60,557 bases of DNA, taken from the NCBI RefSeq assembly GCF_001194135.2, contig NC_068990.1:57742285-57802841 (forward strand). The letters are read 5' to 3'. The notes beneath the pieces were generated by a model. The model did not search any database and was not told the origin of the DNA. It saw only the letters and a list, made by a program, of their open reading frames with translations. The position numbers were made by a program, and so were the translations under genes. Positions 38,686-51,475 of the stretch are shown one piece after another (position 1 is the stretch's first letter; each line of letters starts with the position of its first letter). This stretch comes from Octopus bimaculoides. Taxonomy: Eukaryota.

Positions 38686-39100
38686 GAGCGAGAGAGAGAG
38701 AGATCTGGAGAGACAACATGCAATGAATGAAGGGTTTGTAGAAAAAACTAAATGAAAATAGTGAATATAAGAGTAAACAAAAAGCTATTACGGAGGAACA
38801 AATGAAAGAAAAACGATCATTTCTAACACTGGACATTGGACATAAACTACAATTTTGGGCGGCGCGCATCAAATGATCGTGTATCAACCCACTGATTGAG
38901 CCATACGTATCTTATTGATTCCATCAAGACGAAATACTAAATGAAAACTGGTGAGAAAGGAATTCAGAATACAGAGTGAGACGCAACTGAATCCATTAAA
39001 TGGGTTGTAAGCTGTTCTACAAATTCTACCTAATATTACTCTTCAAAAAAATATCGCAATAATGACTTCAAACGTTTTGACATATTTTTTTAATCTTCTA

Positions 39101-39190
39101 TCTCTTACTTGTTTCAGTCATTAGACTGCGTCCATGCTAGGACACTGCCTTGAGGAATTTTAGTTGAATGAATTGACTCCAGAATTTTTT
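39101..39190 (-). mobile_element. SINE family A, 3' tail fragment
   Basis: TTACTTGTTTCAGTCATTAGACTGCG.CCATGCT...CACTGCCTTGAGG. Confidence 0.8.
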
Positions 39191-39356
39191 TAAAAGCTGA
39201 ATTCACATATCGATTCCAAATTTGCTTTTCATCCTTGTACAGATGATCAACAAAGGTTCATCTTTCCAGGAATGTAGATTGAAAGAATTGTTAGACGGTT
39301 AGAGAATATACTTTCAGTACTTGTTCCGGCTTTATATATATATATATATATATATA

Positions 39357-39790
39357 TTTTATAGTTTCAGCTTAGAGCTGCGGCCATGCTGATGCACCGC
39401 CGTGTTGCTACACTGTTATTACAGGGAGCCTCTTACAATATGTGGCACTTGGTGAAGAATGGAGTTTGATTTAGCAACCCTCATTTGCACCTCCTGCCGT
39501 GAGGTAGGTTCATCTGGGACTCTCGACAGGAAGAGGTTCAGCTTTGATTTAAAAACCCCTACATCTACTTTGTGCAGGTTCCTCAGGCTCTTTGGGAGAA
39601 TATTAAAAAGCTGTGGGCCCCTGAAACCCAAACTGTCGCAGTAACTGGTCTTGAAGCGCGATGGCATTGCTGGGATCTTTGGCACTATGCAGTGTCGTCC
39701 CGTTCTGGCATTGGTGTAGCATTCAATACCAAAATTTGACACAATTCCTTCCAGGATCTTCCAGATGTATATTACTGCATACCTTATCTT
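39357..39790 (-). mobile_element. 5'-truncated CR1-like LINE (RT-ORF C-terminus plus 3' UTR)
   Basis: RYAVIYIWKILEGIVSN...RGPQLFNILPKSLRN...FKSKLNLFLSRVPDEP...SNSI is the typical CR1-group ORF2 end; stop at 39419, short UTR, then simple repeat. Confidence 0.85.
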
Positions 39791-40103
39791 ATATATATAT
39801 ATACATATGGAGGACAGGACAAAGTTTTGGGCATTTAGGTCTCTGTTCTGCTCTATAGTTGTGAAACCTGGACATTGTGTGGGACCCTTAAGAGCTGTCT
39901 GAACTCCTTTGGTACCATGATATTTTGTAGGATTACAGGTCACTATTGGTTTGATTTTATATCCAACCAAACATCTCTACTCAGAAACTGGGATGTGTCC
40001 TGTTATTTGTGTGGTTCACAATTACCAGCTCAGACTACTAAATTTTTTTAGTTAGACCCTGCTTACCGTGTTCTCTTCACAGAGGATCTAGCTGGGGTGT
40101 ATA

Positions 40104-40323
40104 TAAAAGGCTGGGTGTTGAAAAGCTCCTGGGGGAGGGTAAAAAAAATGCAGGAGGATCAGTTAATTATGACTTTATTCAAAATATTTCCCTCTCAGAT
40201 TCACACACTTATTGCAGCACTCCTTCAGTTTTTCTAAGCCTAGTAAAAGAACTCGGAAGGTTGCGCCTCCAACTATGCCTTTCGCGATAACTTTAAAGCT
40301 AGGAACTTGGCAGCACCCCTCGT
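40104..40323. mobile_element. Mariner-derived MITE (~215 bp)
   Basis: TIR-like GGGTGTTGAAAAGCTCCTGG / CTAGGAACTTGGCAGCACCCCTCGT; minus strand encodes transposase C-terminus LEKLKECCNKCVNLRGKYFE. Confidence 0.8.
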
Positions 40324-41241
40324 GTGTGCGTATATATATATATATATNNNNNNNNNNNNNNNNNNNNNNNNNNNNNNNNNNNNNNNNNNNNNNNNNNNNN
40401 NNNNNNNNNNNNNNNNNNNNNNNNNNNNNNNNNNNNNNNNNNNNNNNNNNNNNNNNNNNNNNNNNNNNNNNNNNNNNNNNNNNNNNNNNNNNNNNNNNNN
40501 NNNNNNNNNNNNNNNNNNNNNNNNNNNNNNNNNNNNNNNNNNNNNNNNNNNNNNNNNNNNNNNNNNNNNNNNNNNNNNNNNNNNNNNNNNNNNNNNNNNN
40601 NNNNNNNNNNNNNNNNNNNNNNNNNNNNNNNNNNNNNNNNNNNNNNNNNNNNNNNNNNNNNNNNNNNNNNNNNNNNNNNNNNNNNNNNNNNNNNNNNNNN
40701 NNNNNNNNNNNNNNNNNNNNNNNNNNNNNNNNNNNNNNNNNNNNNNNNNNNNNNNNNNNNNNNNNNNNNNNNNNNNNNNNNNNNNNNNNNNNNNNNNNNN
40801 NNNNNNNNNNNNNNNNNNNNNNNNNNNNNNNNNNNNNNNNNNNNNNNNNNNNNNNNNNNNNNNNNNNNNNNNNNNNNNNNNNNNNNNNNNNNNNNNNNNN
40901 NNNNNNNNNNNNNNNNNNNNNNNNNNNNNNNNNNNNNNNNNNNNNNNNNNNNNNNNNNNNNNNNNNNNNNNNNNNNNNNNNNNNNNNNNNNNNNNNNNNN
41001 NNNNNNNNNNNNNNNNNNNNNNNNNNNNNNNNNNNNNNNNNNNNNNNNNNNNNNNNNNNNNNNNNNNNNNNNNNNNNNNNNNNNNNNNNNNNNNNNNNNN
41101 NNNNNNNNNNNNNNNNNNNNNNNNNNNNNNNNNNNNNNNATTCTTGGGAATAGAAATTTCCCTTATGAATTTTTTTATACACTGGCTTCTTGATAAAATT
41201 CTTGTAAAAGAGTTTTATCCCTTTTTGAATTTATATATATT

Positions 41242-41280
<39 letters not shown>

Positions 41281-41285
41281 CTGTC

Positions 41286-41844
41286 TATACCACGACGTCT
41301 AAAAAACTTTTGAAATTTTTCTCCTTGTTTTCTCCGTATTCTTTCTGTTGAAGAGCGTAGCTCGAAACGTTAAAGACTTTCTGTATTCCCGAGCGTCATA
41401 CTAATACATCCTCTTGTTGTTTACACCACCTGTCCTCGTCTGTTGTTGTTTTTTTTCGTACATTCTCCCACATATAATACACGCTCACGTGGTAGCACCA
41501 ACTAATCCTGTCTCCACTCATCAAACACGAACTTCTGGATTCTACCTTCTTTCATTCTGGATCTTCTCTTTCTGGACTGTATTATTCTGAACTCTACACC
41601 CTCCAGCTGCACCTCTCCTACCCACGGATTACAATGGACCCATCTTCTGATTGGAAATCGCCTCAATATACCACGACGTCTAAAAAACTTTTGAACTTTT
41701 TCTCCTTGTTTTCTCCGTATTCTTTCTGTTGAAGAGCGTAGCTCGAAACGTTAAAGACTTTCCGTATTCCCGAGCATCTTACTAATACATCCTCTTGTTG
41801 TTTACACCACCTGTCCTCATCTGTTGTTGTTTTTTTTCGTACAT
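41286..41844 (+). mobile_element. 381-bp tandem unit (about 1.5 copies visible) with hammerhead-like motif; Penelope pseudo-LTR / retrozyme-like
   Basis: 41286-41463 recurs at 41667-41844 (offset 381) with few substitutions; the second copy is cut by a gap. Confidence 0.8.
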
Positions 41845-42120
41845 NNNNNNNNNNTATATATATATATATATATATACATATATGTAGTAGATAGACAGCC
41901 GCCAACTGGTGAAGGGTCGTTCTTTCTGTTACTTGTCCTGTTTTCCGTTTGTTTCTCTTGTTGTTTGCGTATTGAACTTATTTGTTTTCGTATTTCAGGT
42001 TATTTACTGTTGGTGACGTCCTGTACCCGTACATGCATATGTATATATATATATCATTTATATTATGTATGTATGTATGTATGTGTGTATGTGTGTGTGT
42101 ATGTATGTATGTATAGATAT

Positions 42121-42505
42121 ATTCTTTTACTTGCTTCATCATTTGACTGTGGTCATGCTGGATCACTGCCTTGAAATGTTTTGTCGAACATTTCGACCCC
42201 AGGATTTGTTTTAAATCCAGTACTTATTCTATTGGTCTCTTTTGCCGAACTGCTAGATTACGGGACGAAAATACACCAGCATCAGTTGTCAAGCGATTAT
42301 GGGGTGGAACAAACAAACAGAAAGGCACACACACTTAGATATATGCATATATACATATACGACGAGATTCTTTTAGTTTCCTTCTACCAAATCTACACAT
42401 ACGGCTTGGGTCGATCCGAGGCTATAGAGAAGACACTTGCCCCAGGTGCCACTGAACCCGCAGTTATGTGGTTCGGAAGAAAACGTCTTACCACACAGCC
42501 ACGCT
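42121..42505 (-). mobile_element. SINE family A
   Basis: Tail, core and head (AGAAGACACTTGCCC.AGGTGCCAC...CTTACCACACAGCCACGC) all present. Confidence 0.9.
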
Positions 42506-43089
42506 ATATATATAAACAACATATGAGTATATGCATATATATGTACATGTATGTATATACGTTCATCTATATGTACATATAGATGCATAACTGGGTACAT
42601 GAGTGGCAAAAGAACAAGGACAAAATGGTAAACAAGGTGCAACAAACAAGCAGGCCACATAGAAACATCCCCTTCATCAGCTGCCACCATTATATNNNNN
42701 NNNNNNNNNNNNNNNNNNNNNNNNNNNNNNNNNNNNNNNNNNNNNNNNNNNNNNNNNNNNNNNNNNNNNNNNNNNNNNNNNNNNNNNNNNNNNNNNNNTA
42801 TATATATATCACAAAATTTCTTTGACAAACACATTGTGCCTCTCAAAGAACTCACCAAGGAGTCGCAGCGTCGAGCCGATGGCGCATGGAAGAAACAAAT
42901 CTACATAGTGGACTGGGAAATCTGAACCTAAATGGGTACAACGAAATAATATAAGACAATCAGATGCATCCACTTTCGTTAACGTTTCAAATCCCCCCAA
43001 CGATCCACCCGCTCTTCAATCTATTAGTCTCTGGGAAGTAGAATAAAATCCTGATTTAAGTGTCTTACCGTATTTGATTATCTTTATTC

Positions 43090-43228
43090 AGGTTCTGAGT
43101 TCAAATCTCATCTAGTTTTTCTAAGCCTTTGGTTAACCTGGAGTCAATGTAAGAAATACCAGTCTGGTACAGACGAAGATTTAATAGACTATGTCGCCCT
43201 CATAAAATGTATGGCCTTCTGAGAAGTC
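43090..43228 (+). mobile_element. SINE family B, highly degenerate
   Basis: GTTCTGAGTTCAAAT B-box, AAATACCAGT, TATGGCCTT. Confidence 0.45.
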
Positions 43229-43249
43229 AAATGTGAAAGGAAAGAAGGG

Positions 43250-43289
<40 letters not shown>

Positions 43290-44890
43290 CAAAGTGTTTG
43301 ATGGAGATAGGAAGAGAAAGAAGAAGAAATAGTATAAGGTAACAAATTGAGTGATTTTGTGTGTGAGTCAGAAAAAAAATGCAAGGGTAAAAGAAAAAGG
43401 GTGAGAAAACGAGACACCAGAATGAAGTTGGGGAGATAATGCATAGGATATATAGAGAAGAGTAGAAAATAAATTGGTAGTCAATGAGAGAAGGAGAGAG
43501 TGTGAGAGTGAGTGAGAATATTTGATTAAGATAAAAATGAAAGTAGTAAAGAAGGTGTACATATACATACAAACATATATGAGTGTGTTTGTATGTGTAT
43601 ATGTATGCCTATGTGTGTGAATAAAGTATAGGGAAAGGAAAGTTGTAAAGAAACAGTGGAAGACATATGGTAAACGAGAAAAGATAGGGAGGAGGGGAAA
43701 TGAAAGAAAAAGTAAGAGTGGTCCGTGAGTTATAAGGGACGAGAGACGAGGAGAATGAAAGAGAGAAAAGGTGGTGGTTGTAATCAAGATGGATTGGTGT
43801 TAACTTGGTGAGTAACATAAAATGGTACTTGTAGGATAAGTTTAAAGTTGGGTTTGGTTTCAGTGAAAGGAAGAATGGCTACATAGTGGCTGAAGCTTTG
43901 GAAGTAGGTCATATTAGTATGATAGACTGGAATTTCGGATGATGATGATGATGACAATAATGGTTATTGTAGTAATGAGTAAAGTAATGGTAGTCCGAGA
44001 AAAGCTATTGATTGTAAAGACTAAAAAAAAGAAAGAAAGAAATAAAGAAATAAAAATGTTTGAATGACTTCGGCGTGTTATTCTCTGAGCAGGCAGGGAA
44101 GAATGTGTAAAAGAGAGAGTTGGAAGATAAGAAATAAATTACACAAAGAGAGAGAGGGAGAAAGGAGGGAGAGAGTATTTTCGAGGGAGAGAAAGGGGTT
44201 AGAGAGACTGAATAGAAAAAAAGAGGATAACCAGCTACATAAACAATTAGATAGATACACACAGGGAGAGAGAGAGGGGGGAGAGAGAGCGGGAGGGAGA
44301 GAGCGAGGGCTACGATATAAAACTTCTAAATGTCACAGGCTTTCGATTTATGATACTCCAATTTTTTATGCGCCTTTAAGAACTAACTAAACAAAAGTAA
44401 TCAGCTTCAGCTGAAATGTCCCCCAAACTCGCCGCCATGTTAGAATGCATTTCTTGGCGTTGTGGGAACTCTTGCATTTATATGTGAATGTGCATGTATA
44501 TATATATATATACATAGCATTGCAGTAAGTACACACTAGCAAACAGAAAAAACATACACGTATATAAGAATGAATATATGGGGTCTCGGTATGAACGCAT
44601 ATAGGGCCACACAATTATTCACACAGATCAACAAACAAACAAACGAGCAGCCGTCTTAACATGAGTGCACGCAAAACAGTTAAACACGTGTTCCAGTAAA
44701 TACTTGTAACAACATATATATTCTCAGCCACATAAATATGTAACTGCAAACATATACCTCATTATCTATATGAGGCGCATATGTGTGTATGTATGTATGT
44801 ATCTGTGTGTGTGTGTGTGTGTGTGTGTGTACATGTTTTATGTGTGTGTATGAACGTCTGCAAAACACTAACATATGCATATTCAAATAT

Positions 44891-44993
44891 TCCTTTCTAA
44901 TAAAGATACAAGGCCCGAAATTTTATAGGGATGAAGCTAAACGAATATCAAGACCCCCAGTGCTCACCTGCTACTTATCTTATCGACCTAAAA
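44891..44993 (-). mobile_element. SINE family B, 3' fragment
   Basis: ACAAGGCCCGAAATTTT...ACCCCCAGTGCTCACCTGCTACTTATCTTATCGACC. Confidence 0.7.
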
Positions 44994-45242
44994 AAGTACA
45001 TGCACACACATACATGCACGCATATACATACATAGATACAGACACACAGAGACAGACACACACAGATACACACACACACTCACATACACACATACACACA
45101 TGCGTTTGCAAAGTTAATAGCATTAAAAATAATGATATACTTAATTTTTCACCCTGCGATTCGGACAGAAACAAACACAAGAAGAAATGTGAATGCATAC
45201 ACACACGCACGCACAAACGCGTGGACGCGCGCGCGCACACAC

Positions 45243-45273
<31 letters not shown>

Positions 45274-45508
45274 GACGCAGACACACTTACATCTAAGTTG
45301 GTATGTCAGTCATACCATATTTGTCAGTCAGTCATAATAGTACAGTTACTAAGAGACGAAGGCTTGCTTTTGAATGCAGTCTTTAAACAGACACTAAAAA
45401 TGGGAAACGCATAAAATAGTCGAAAAATACATTCATTGCCTCGAGATTAGAAATCTCACTAATATAGCAGGTTATGAATGTGAAATTGAATGTCTGCATT
45501 TGCATGTA

Positions 45509-45565
45509 CATACATACATACATACATACATACATACATACATACATACATACATACATACATAC
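45509..45565. repeat. (TACA)n microsatellite
   Basis: Read directly. Confidence 0.95.
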
Positions 45566-46460
45566 AAACCTTTAAAAAGAAACAATTATAGGGAGTTCGA
45601 TATTTCGACTTGTTCACCTCTCAGACTCTGGTTTGTATTTGTTCTGTTTGGTTTTATTTAGACTTTGGTAAGTTACTTTCGGGTAGGTTTTGCAATGTGA
45701 ATGGTAATTCGGTGTGGTGTAATAAGAAAGAACAGGTAGTTGTGTAGAAGTTGGAAACAAAGGAAATGCAAACGTATGTCTGCTGAGTTTGAGTTCACAG
45801 AAAGGTATGGTGAAGAGATTTATTTTAGTTTGACATAGGAATATTTTTATTATTTAGGATTTAGTCAGGCATGGAAGTAATGTACAAACAGATGTGTCGT
45901 GTTCAGTCACGATACTTTTTGTATGCAAGGTTGGTTATTTTGGTATTTTTGTGTTAACAAAGAATGTTTATGCAAAATACAGTTGATCACGGCATAGGTC
46001 AGATAGAGGTGCAATAAGGCGTTGGTGTCATTAGCTTTTTATCAAAAAAATTTATCTCGGGTATCTTAGACGGTTTTGTAGATAGAACTAGCTTCATTTT
46101 AACCATCAATTTAAAAATCATTTGGCATTAATCCCTATGCCTTTGTGTAGCCTCTGTCATAATATCATGTGATAAAGAATATATATAACTGCTACATCTT
46201 TCGAGCCTTTCTGCGCCCATTTATAAAAACTTATGCTCGTCTGTGCATGTGTGTTCATGTGACTGTGCACGCGCGCGCGCGCGCGTGTGTGCGTGTGCGT
46301 GCGTGCGTGCGTGTATAACAGTTCTTCATTATAGAACAAATATGCACATACAGAACAACATATACCTGTATTAAAATCTTTCTTTTTTAAACTAATAGTT
46401 TTGTTATCTGGCCTATAATTATTTTGTACCCGAACTCAATTTTTTTTTTTTTTATAATCG

Positions 46461-46526
46461 TATCATCTATTGTATATTTTTGTATCATCTATTGTATATT
46501 TTTGTAACATCTATTGTATATTTTGC
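46461..46526. repeat. 22-bp tandem repeat x3 (TATCATCTATTGTATATTTTTG)
   Basis: Units at 46461, 46483 and 46505. Confidence 0.9.
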
Positions 46527-47194
46527 AGAGGAACACCTTTGCAAAAGATTAATTTTGTAAATATTTGACATTCTAAACTAGTGAATGAAGCCTGGTCACA
46601 ACGTGGGCTTATTAAAAGATTACTTACGGTACGTTATGAGTCATTTTTGCTTATATACAAGGCACTGGAGTGATATAATCGATGGCACATTGGAAAATAT
46701 AGCTTGTGGTATTTAGCTCCAGCATTTTATGTTGGTACCTCAATCGATGTCTTTATGAATTTTACACTTGTCTTCATGTTTAATCGTGTAATCTCTTTAA
46801 CCTCGCCCCTTGTTTTTATAGTGTATCTGTCCCACTCAATACATCTCCCAGCATATTCCGTATTTCAGTAAAAGAGAAAACTGGTTCAGTATTTGTAATG
46901 AACAATGATTTCTAGTATAGATACAAAGACACGCATTTTTTTGGAGGACTGTTATACCACCACTTGGCCATTGTCCTTGTTGCAAGTATTCACGCTAGGT
47001 ATTTCATGGGAAGATGTTTTATGAGTCATAGCCTTTTTATCCATTCGCTTCTCCTGTTTCGGAAGTTTGGCAAAATGTTTGCAGTGTTCCTCTTCATTTC
47101 GGACAAAGCACTAAAAGAGTGAAAATTCGATAACAATTTTACTTTTCCTGCACTTGATTGGTACTTTATTGTATTTTACTAATGAATTATCAAC

Positions 47195-47519
47195 TGCCAC
47201 TCCGTCGGTTACGACGATGAGGGTTGCAGTTGATCCGATCAACAAAACAGCCAGCTCACGAAATTAACGTGCAAGTGGCTGAGCGCTCCACAGACAAGCG
47301 CACCCCTTAACGTAGTTCTCAGGGAGATTCAGCGTGATACAAAATGTGACAAGGTCGGCCTTTTGAAATACAGGTACAACTCATATTTGCCAGCTGAGTT
47401 GACTGGAACAACGTGAAATAAAGTGTCTTGCTCAAGGATATAACGCTCTGCCGGGAATCGAGTTCACAACCTTATGATATCAAGCCAGATACCCTTACCA
47501 CTACGCCACACGCTTTCAC
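47195..47519 (-). mobile_element. tRNA-headed SINE family F
   Basis: Reverse complement: TGGCGTAGTGGTAAG head, B-box-like GAACTCGATTCCC, core CCTTGAGCAAGACACTTTATTTCACGTTG..CAGTC.ACTCAGCTGG, distinct tail ending GTCGTAACCGACGGA. Confidence 0.88.
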
Positions 47520-47617
47520 TGTGAGATACAAGGAAAGGTGAAGCTGTGCGTGATTTAAAGTTAGACTATTTAAAAGAGGTAACGAATACCGTAAAAGAAT
47601 TTTGACAGACGGTATAC

Positions 47618-47864
47618 TCTCTTTTACTTGTTTCAGTCATTTGACTGTGGCCATGCTGGAGCACCGCCTTTAGTCGAGCAAATCAGCCACAGGACTTATT
47701 CTTTGGATGCTTAGTACTTATTCTATCGGTCTCTTGTGCCGAACCGCTGAGTTACGGGGACGTAAACACTCCACCATCGGTTGTCAAGCGATGTTGGGGG
47801 ACAAACACAGACTCACAAACATACACACACACTCACACACACACACACACACACNNNNNNNNNN

Positions 47865-47929
<65 letters not shown>

Positions 47930-48096
47930 TACGACAGGCTTCTTTTAGTTTCTGTCTACCAAATCCACTCACAAGGCTTTGGTCGGCCCGAGGCTATAGT
48001 AGAAGACACTTGCCCAAGGTGCCACGCAGTGGGACTGAACCCAGAACCATGTGGTTGGTAAGCAAGCTACTTACCACACAGCTACTCCTGCGCCTA
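47618..48096 (-). mobile_element. SINE family A, well-preserved full-length copy with internal (CA)n/(TA)n
   Basis: Least diverged copy; all modules present. Confidence 0.95.
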
Positions 48097-48180
48097 TAGA
48101 CTTATTACTTATTGTTATATTACTTGCTGTTATATGGAACAGAGTTTAGTATATTTATTCTAAGATGTTTATCTCAGTCT

Positions 48181-48454
48181 TTTATCTTTTACTTATTTCA
48201 GTATATTGCACTTCGGCCAGCCTGGAGCATTGCCTTGAAGAGTTAAGTTGAACAAGTACTTATGCTTTTTTAAAGTCTGATTCTTATTCTATCTGTTCTT
48301 TTGCTGAACCGCTAAGGTTACGGGACCGTAATCAAACCAACACCAATTGTCAACCAGTGGAAGAGTCAAATGTAAGCGCAAAGACACGCATGCATAAATG
48401 CATACATACTTATATAATACACACATAGAGACAGACAGATAGATAGAAAGATAT

Positions 48455-48493
<39 letters not shown>

Positions 48494-48652
48494 TGCAACA
48501 GGCTTCTTTCAATTTCTACATACCAAATCCACTCGAAACATTGATCGGCAGTAGAAGACACCTGTCCAATATGCTACGAAATGGGACTGAACCTAGAACC
48601 ATGAGACTGAGACTGGGAAGCAAACTTCTTACCACGCAGCCAAACCTGCGCT
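48181..48652 (-). mobile_element. SINE family A, second tandem copy with internal (GATA)n
   Basis: Tail at 48181, head CTTCTTACCACGCAGCC..ACCTGCGC at about 48650. Confidence 0.9.
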
Positions 48653-49582
48653 TGGTGTATGTTCATTAAGTAAATATTACAAAGAAGCAAATGCTAGTCT
48701 GGTGCTCTATTTTTGAAATATTTAGACCATATTTACAAGTCATATAAGTAAAAGAAAGTTTAATTTAAAGTCTTTAAACTGCATACCATTTTCAGAAGAA
48801 CAATTCTTAGTATTATCAAAGATCATACATAAATACATCAGCTATTAGACATATATGCATTTACATCATTTTGCTTGCAAATTCGCTTCAATTTACATGC
48901 ATGTATACATATTTATTGGATTACTCAAGTAGTTAAAATAGATTTTGAGAGATTTTAGCTTTAGAACTTAATCCCATGTGTAGTTTTCCCTGCCCTGCGG
49001 AGAGCTTCTCATATTTATTGGTCAAACTTAGATACTTTAGCAATAACTGTTGCTAGCGATATTGCATCAACACTCAGTCCGAAAGTATATATTTCAACAA
49101 GAATGTCCTTTAATCTGATTAGAGAGATTAGATTAAATCCGCTGCCCTAACTAAGAACCAACCAAAACTACTTTGTGGATTCATATAAATCACGTGCATA
49201 CATAGACATACACGCACACTCACAGACATACGCAAACACATACACATATTCAGGAGTTTATTTTTATATATGTGTGTGTAAATATGATTGTATGCTTGTG
49301 TGTGCGCGCATATACACATACATGCACACACACGCATCCACACATACACACATAAATATATTTATGCACACACACAAGCATTCACACATACACACATAAA
49401 TATATTTATGCACACACACTTGTATACGTGAAGGCTCTGTACCAGACGTTTTGAGTAAGACTCTGATCCCTTATAAAAATAAGAGTATCCTTCTCTTGCT
49501 GTTATATAATTATATTATCCCCATAATTTTCGGTAGGCCCCTCCGTGCGTACGTGCCTGTGTGTTCGTGTGTATATGAATGA

Positions 49583-49793
49583 ACGAGGGGGTGCTGAAAA
49601 GTTCCTGGCTTTGGGTAAAAGAAAATACAAAACAGTTAATTATGATCTTATTCAACATATTCCCCCCTCAGATTCACATTTATTGCAGCGGCCTTTCAGC
49701 TTTGTAAGCCCTGTAAAAGAATTCGGAAGTTTAGGTCTCCAACCAGGCTTTTTGTCATACTCTTAAATCCAGAAACTTTCTAGCACCCCTTTG
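49583..49793. mobile_element. Mariner-derived MITE (same family as 40104-40323)
   Basis: TIRs ACGAGGGGGTGCTGAAAAGTTCCTGGC / CCAGAAACTTTCTAGCACCCCT; internal CAGTTAATTATGA...CTCAGATTCACA shared. Confidence 0.85.
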
Positions 49794-49804
49794 CNNNNNN
49801 NNNN

Positions 49805-49884
<80 letters not shown>

Positions 49885-50299
49885 ATATATATAAAGGCAT
49901 GTATCTGTGTATATGTGAATGCGAACACTTAACGAAATTCAAAATTTAGAATTATTTTCCTTGCTTGCATACTTTTCTTTTTCCCACGCAGCCCTGCAGC
50001 CATAAATAACACTGAAGAATAATTACGTCGCTTTTGTTATGAAATACGCCTTTCGAAACGCTCTCTAGGCTGCAACACTTAAGCCAATAGCCCAAGAAGT
50101 TCCTTATTGCATTCTAATACAGGTATCCTAGTCAATTAATCCCACACAAGGTGTTCTGTTGATGATTTATAAACATAAAGCCCCTTTGTATCAGTTTGCC
50201 TTGTAGAGTATGACATTGTGCCTAATTTTAAGATTTTGGATTGGTGTATTTATGGTGTATTTATTTACAACCATAACGTACACTTAATAAAGTTTGCCA

Positions 50300-50362
50300 A
50301 AGCACAAGATCTGAAATTTGTGGAGAGAGGCTAATCGATTACATTGGCTTAAGTGCTCGACT
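50300..50362 (-). mobile_element. SINE family B, 3' fragment
   Basis: GCACAAGATCTGAAATTTGTGGAGAG.GGCTAATCGATTACAT. Confidence 0.55.
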
Positions 50363-51258
50363 GCCACATCTTCACCAAACACCTCATTTATGCTTCGAGT
50401 TCTCTGGGATGCATTGGTTCCACGACGGAACTCATATTCATAAACAATACGAATTTTTTATCTATCCATGGGTTCACAAAAATTGATTTACAACAAAAAA
50501 CTCACAATATAATCAGACATCGTGAATTTCATTTCTAAAAGCGATGATGTAACGCTTCAATGTTGTAAACAAAGAACTGTCAGGATAAAACATTAGAGTT
50601 AACAATTGTCAAACTTGGTGCATAAGAAAACCGGACATTTTATTCTTAATGACCTGATAATAATCTTTTTTTGAGTAGATTCTTCTTTTATGTCCTTGAC
50701 TGTTAATCATAGTAATTTTAGTTTTTCAGTATATTTTTAACCCCATAGTCTTGGAGAAGAATGGTCGTCGTCCTTGATCCTTTCCCAGTGTCTCTGTGAT
50801 TGATTGTAGTATGCAAGATAAATTATTCTTAACCGGAGACCGGGTCGAATGCATGTAATAGGGCTGATGGTATTAAACCTGATGACCGATGAAGTTTGCT
50901 ACCCAACAACAGCAACTGGGTGGATTTAGAGAGAAGCCGCTGTTCTGTCTCTTATAGCCGCAACAATATTGCTCCCAAGATAATGTCATATAGCTCAGTC
51001 GTGTACTACTACATAGGTTATCTGTGGAAAGCAGCAGGAACATCAATTTTACAACGTTATGAAAGTGTAGTTGATCAAACAGTTTGAGCTAATTAGTGGC
51101 TAAATTTTTAAGAAAAGCTAGGTCTCAGCAACCACATCTGTTGTCAAAGTGCGTTAAGAAAGGAATTGTTGATATCTTAGTGAATTTCTTAAATAATCTT
51201 GAATATTTTAAAGACTCACACATACCTAACCAAGTACCGTTATTATTACAGTGCGAAT

Positions 51259-51475
51259 GCGATGAGCTAGTAGAATCGTTAGCGCGCCTGACAAAATAAT
51301 TTGAAGCATTTCTTCCAGTTCTTTACTTTCTGAGTTCAAATACCAATGAGGTCGGCTTTTCTTTCCTTCCTTTCTAGGCCAATAAAATAAGCACCAGTCA
51401 AGTAGTGGGTTGATGTAATCAACTTCACCCTCCCTTCAAAATTGCTAGCCTTGTGCTACATTTGAAAGGATTATT
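51259..51475 (+). mobile_element. SINE family B
   Basis: GAGCTAGTAGAATCGTTAGCGCG, TTCTGAGTTCAAAT, GCCTTGTGCT...GAAAGGATTATT. Confidence 0.88.

Noticed and set aside
39790-39970. N-terminal part of the 183-aa ORF 39419-39970
   Set aside because: LINE similarity stops near 39784; the upstream part crosses a TA run and is an incidental open frame, so this is not an intact gene
42669-42680. Minus-strand CTGATGAAGGGG resembling a hammerhead 5' core (a similar inverted element lies near 41890-42030)
   Set aside because: No stem II closure or GAAA follows, so it cannot form the ribozyme core
42812-42925. GC-richer 37-codon frame QNFFDKHIVPLKELTKESQRRADGAWKKQIYIVDWEI next to a gap
   Set aside because: Too short to assign; could be a transposon fragment or chance
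50896-51299. Two consecutive plus-strand ORFs (63 and 67 aa)
   Set aside because: Different frames, no recognisable motif, and the second runs into a SINE B copy
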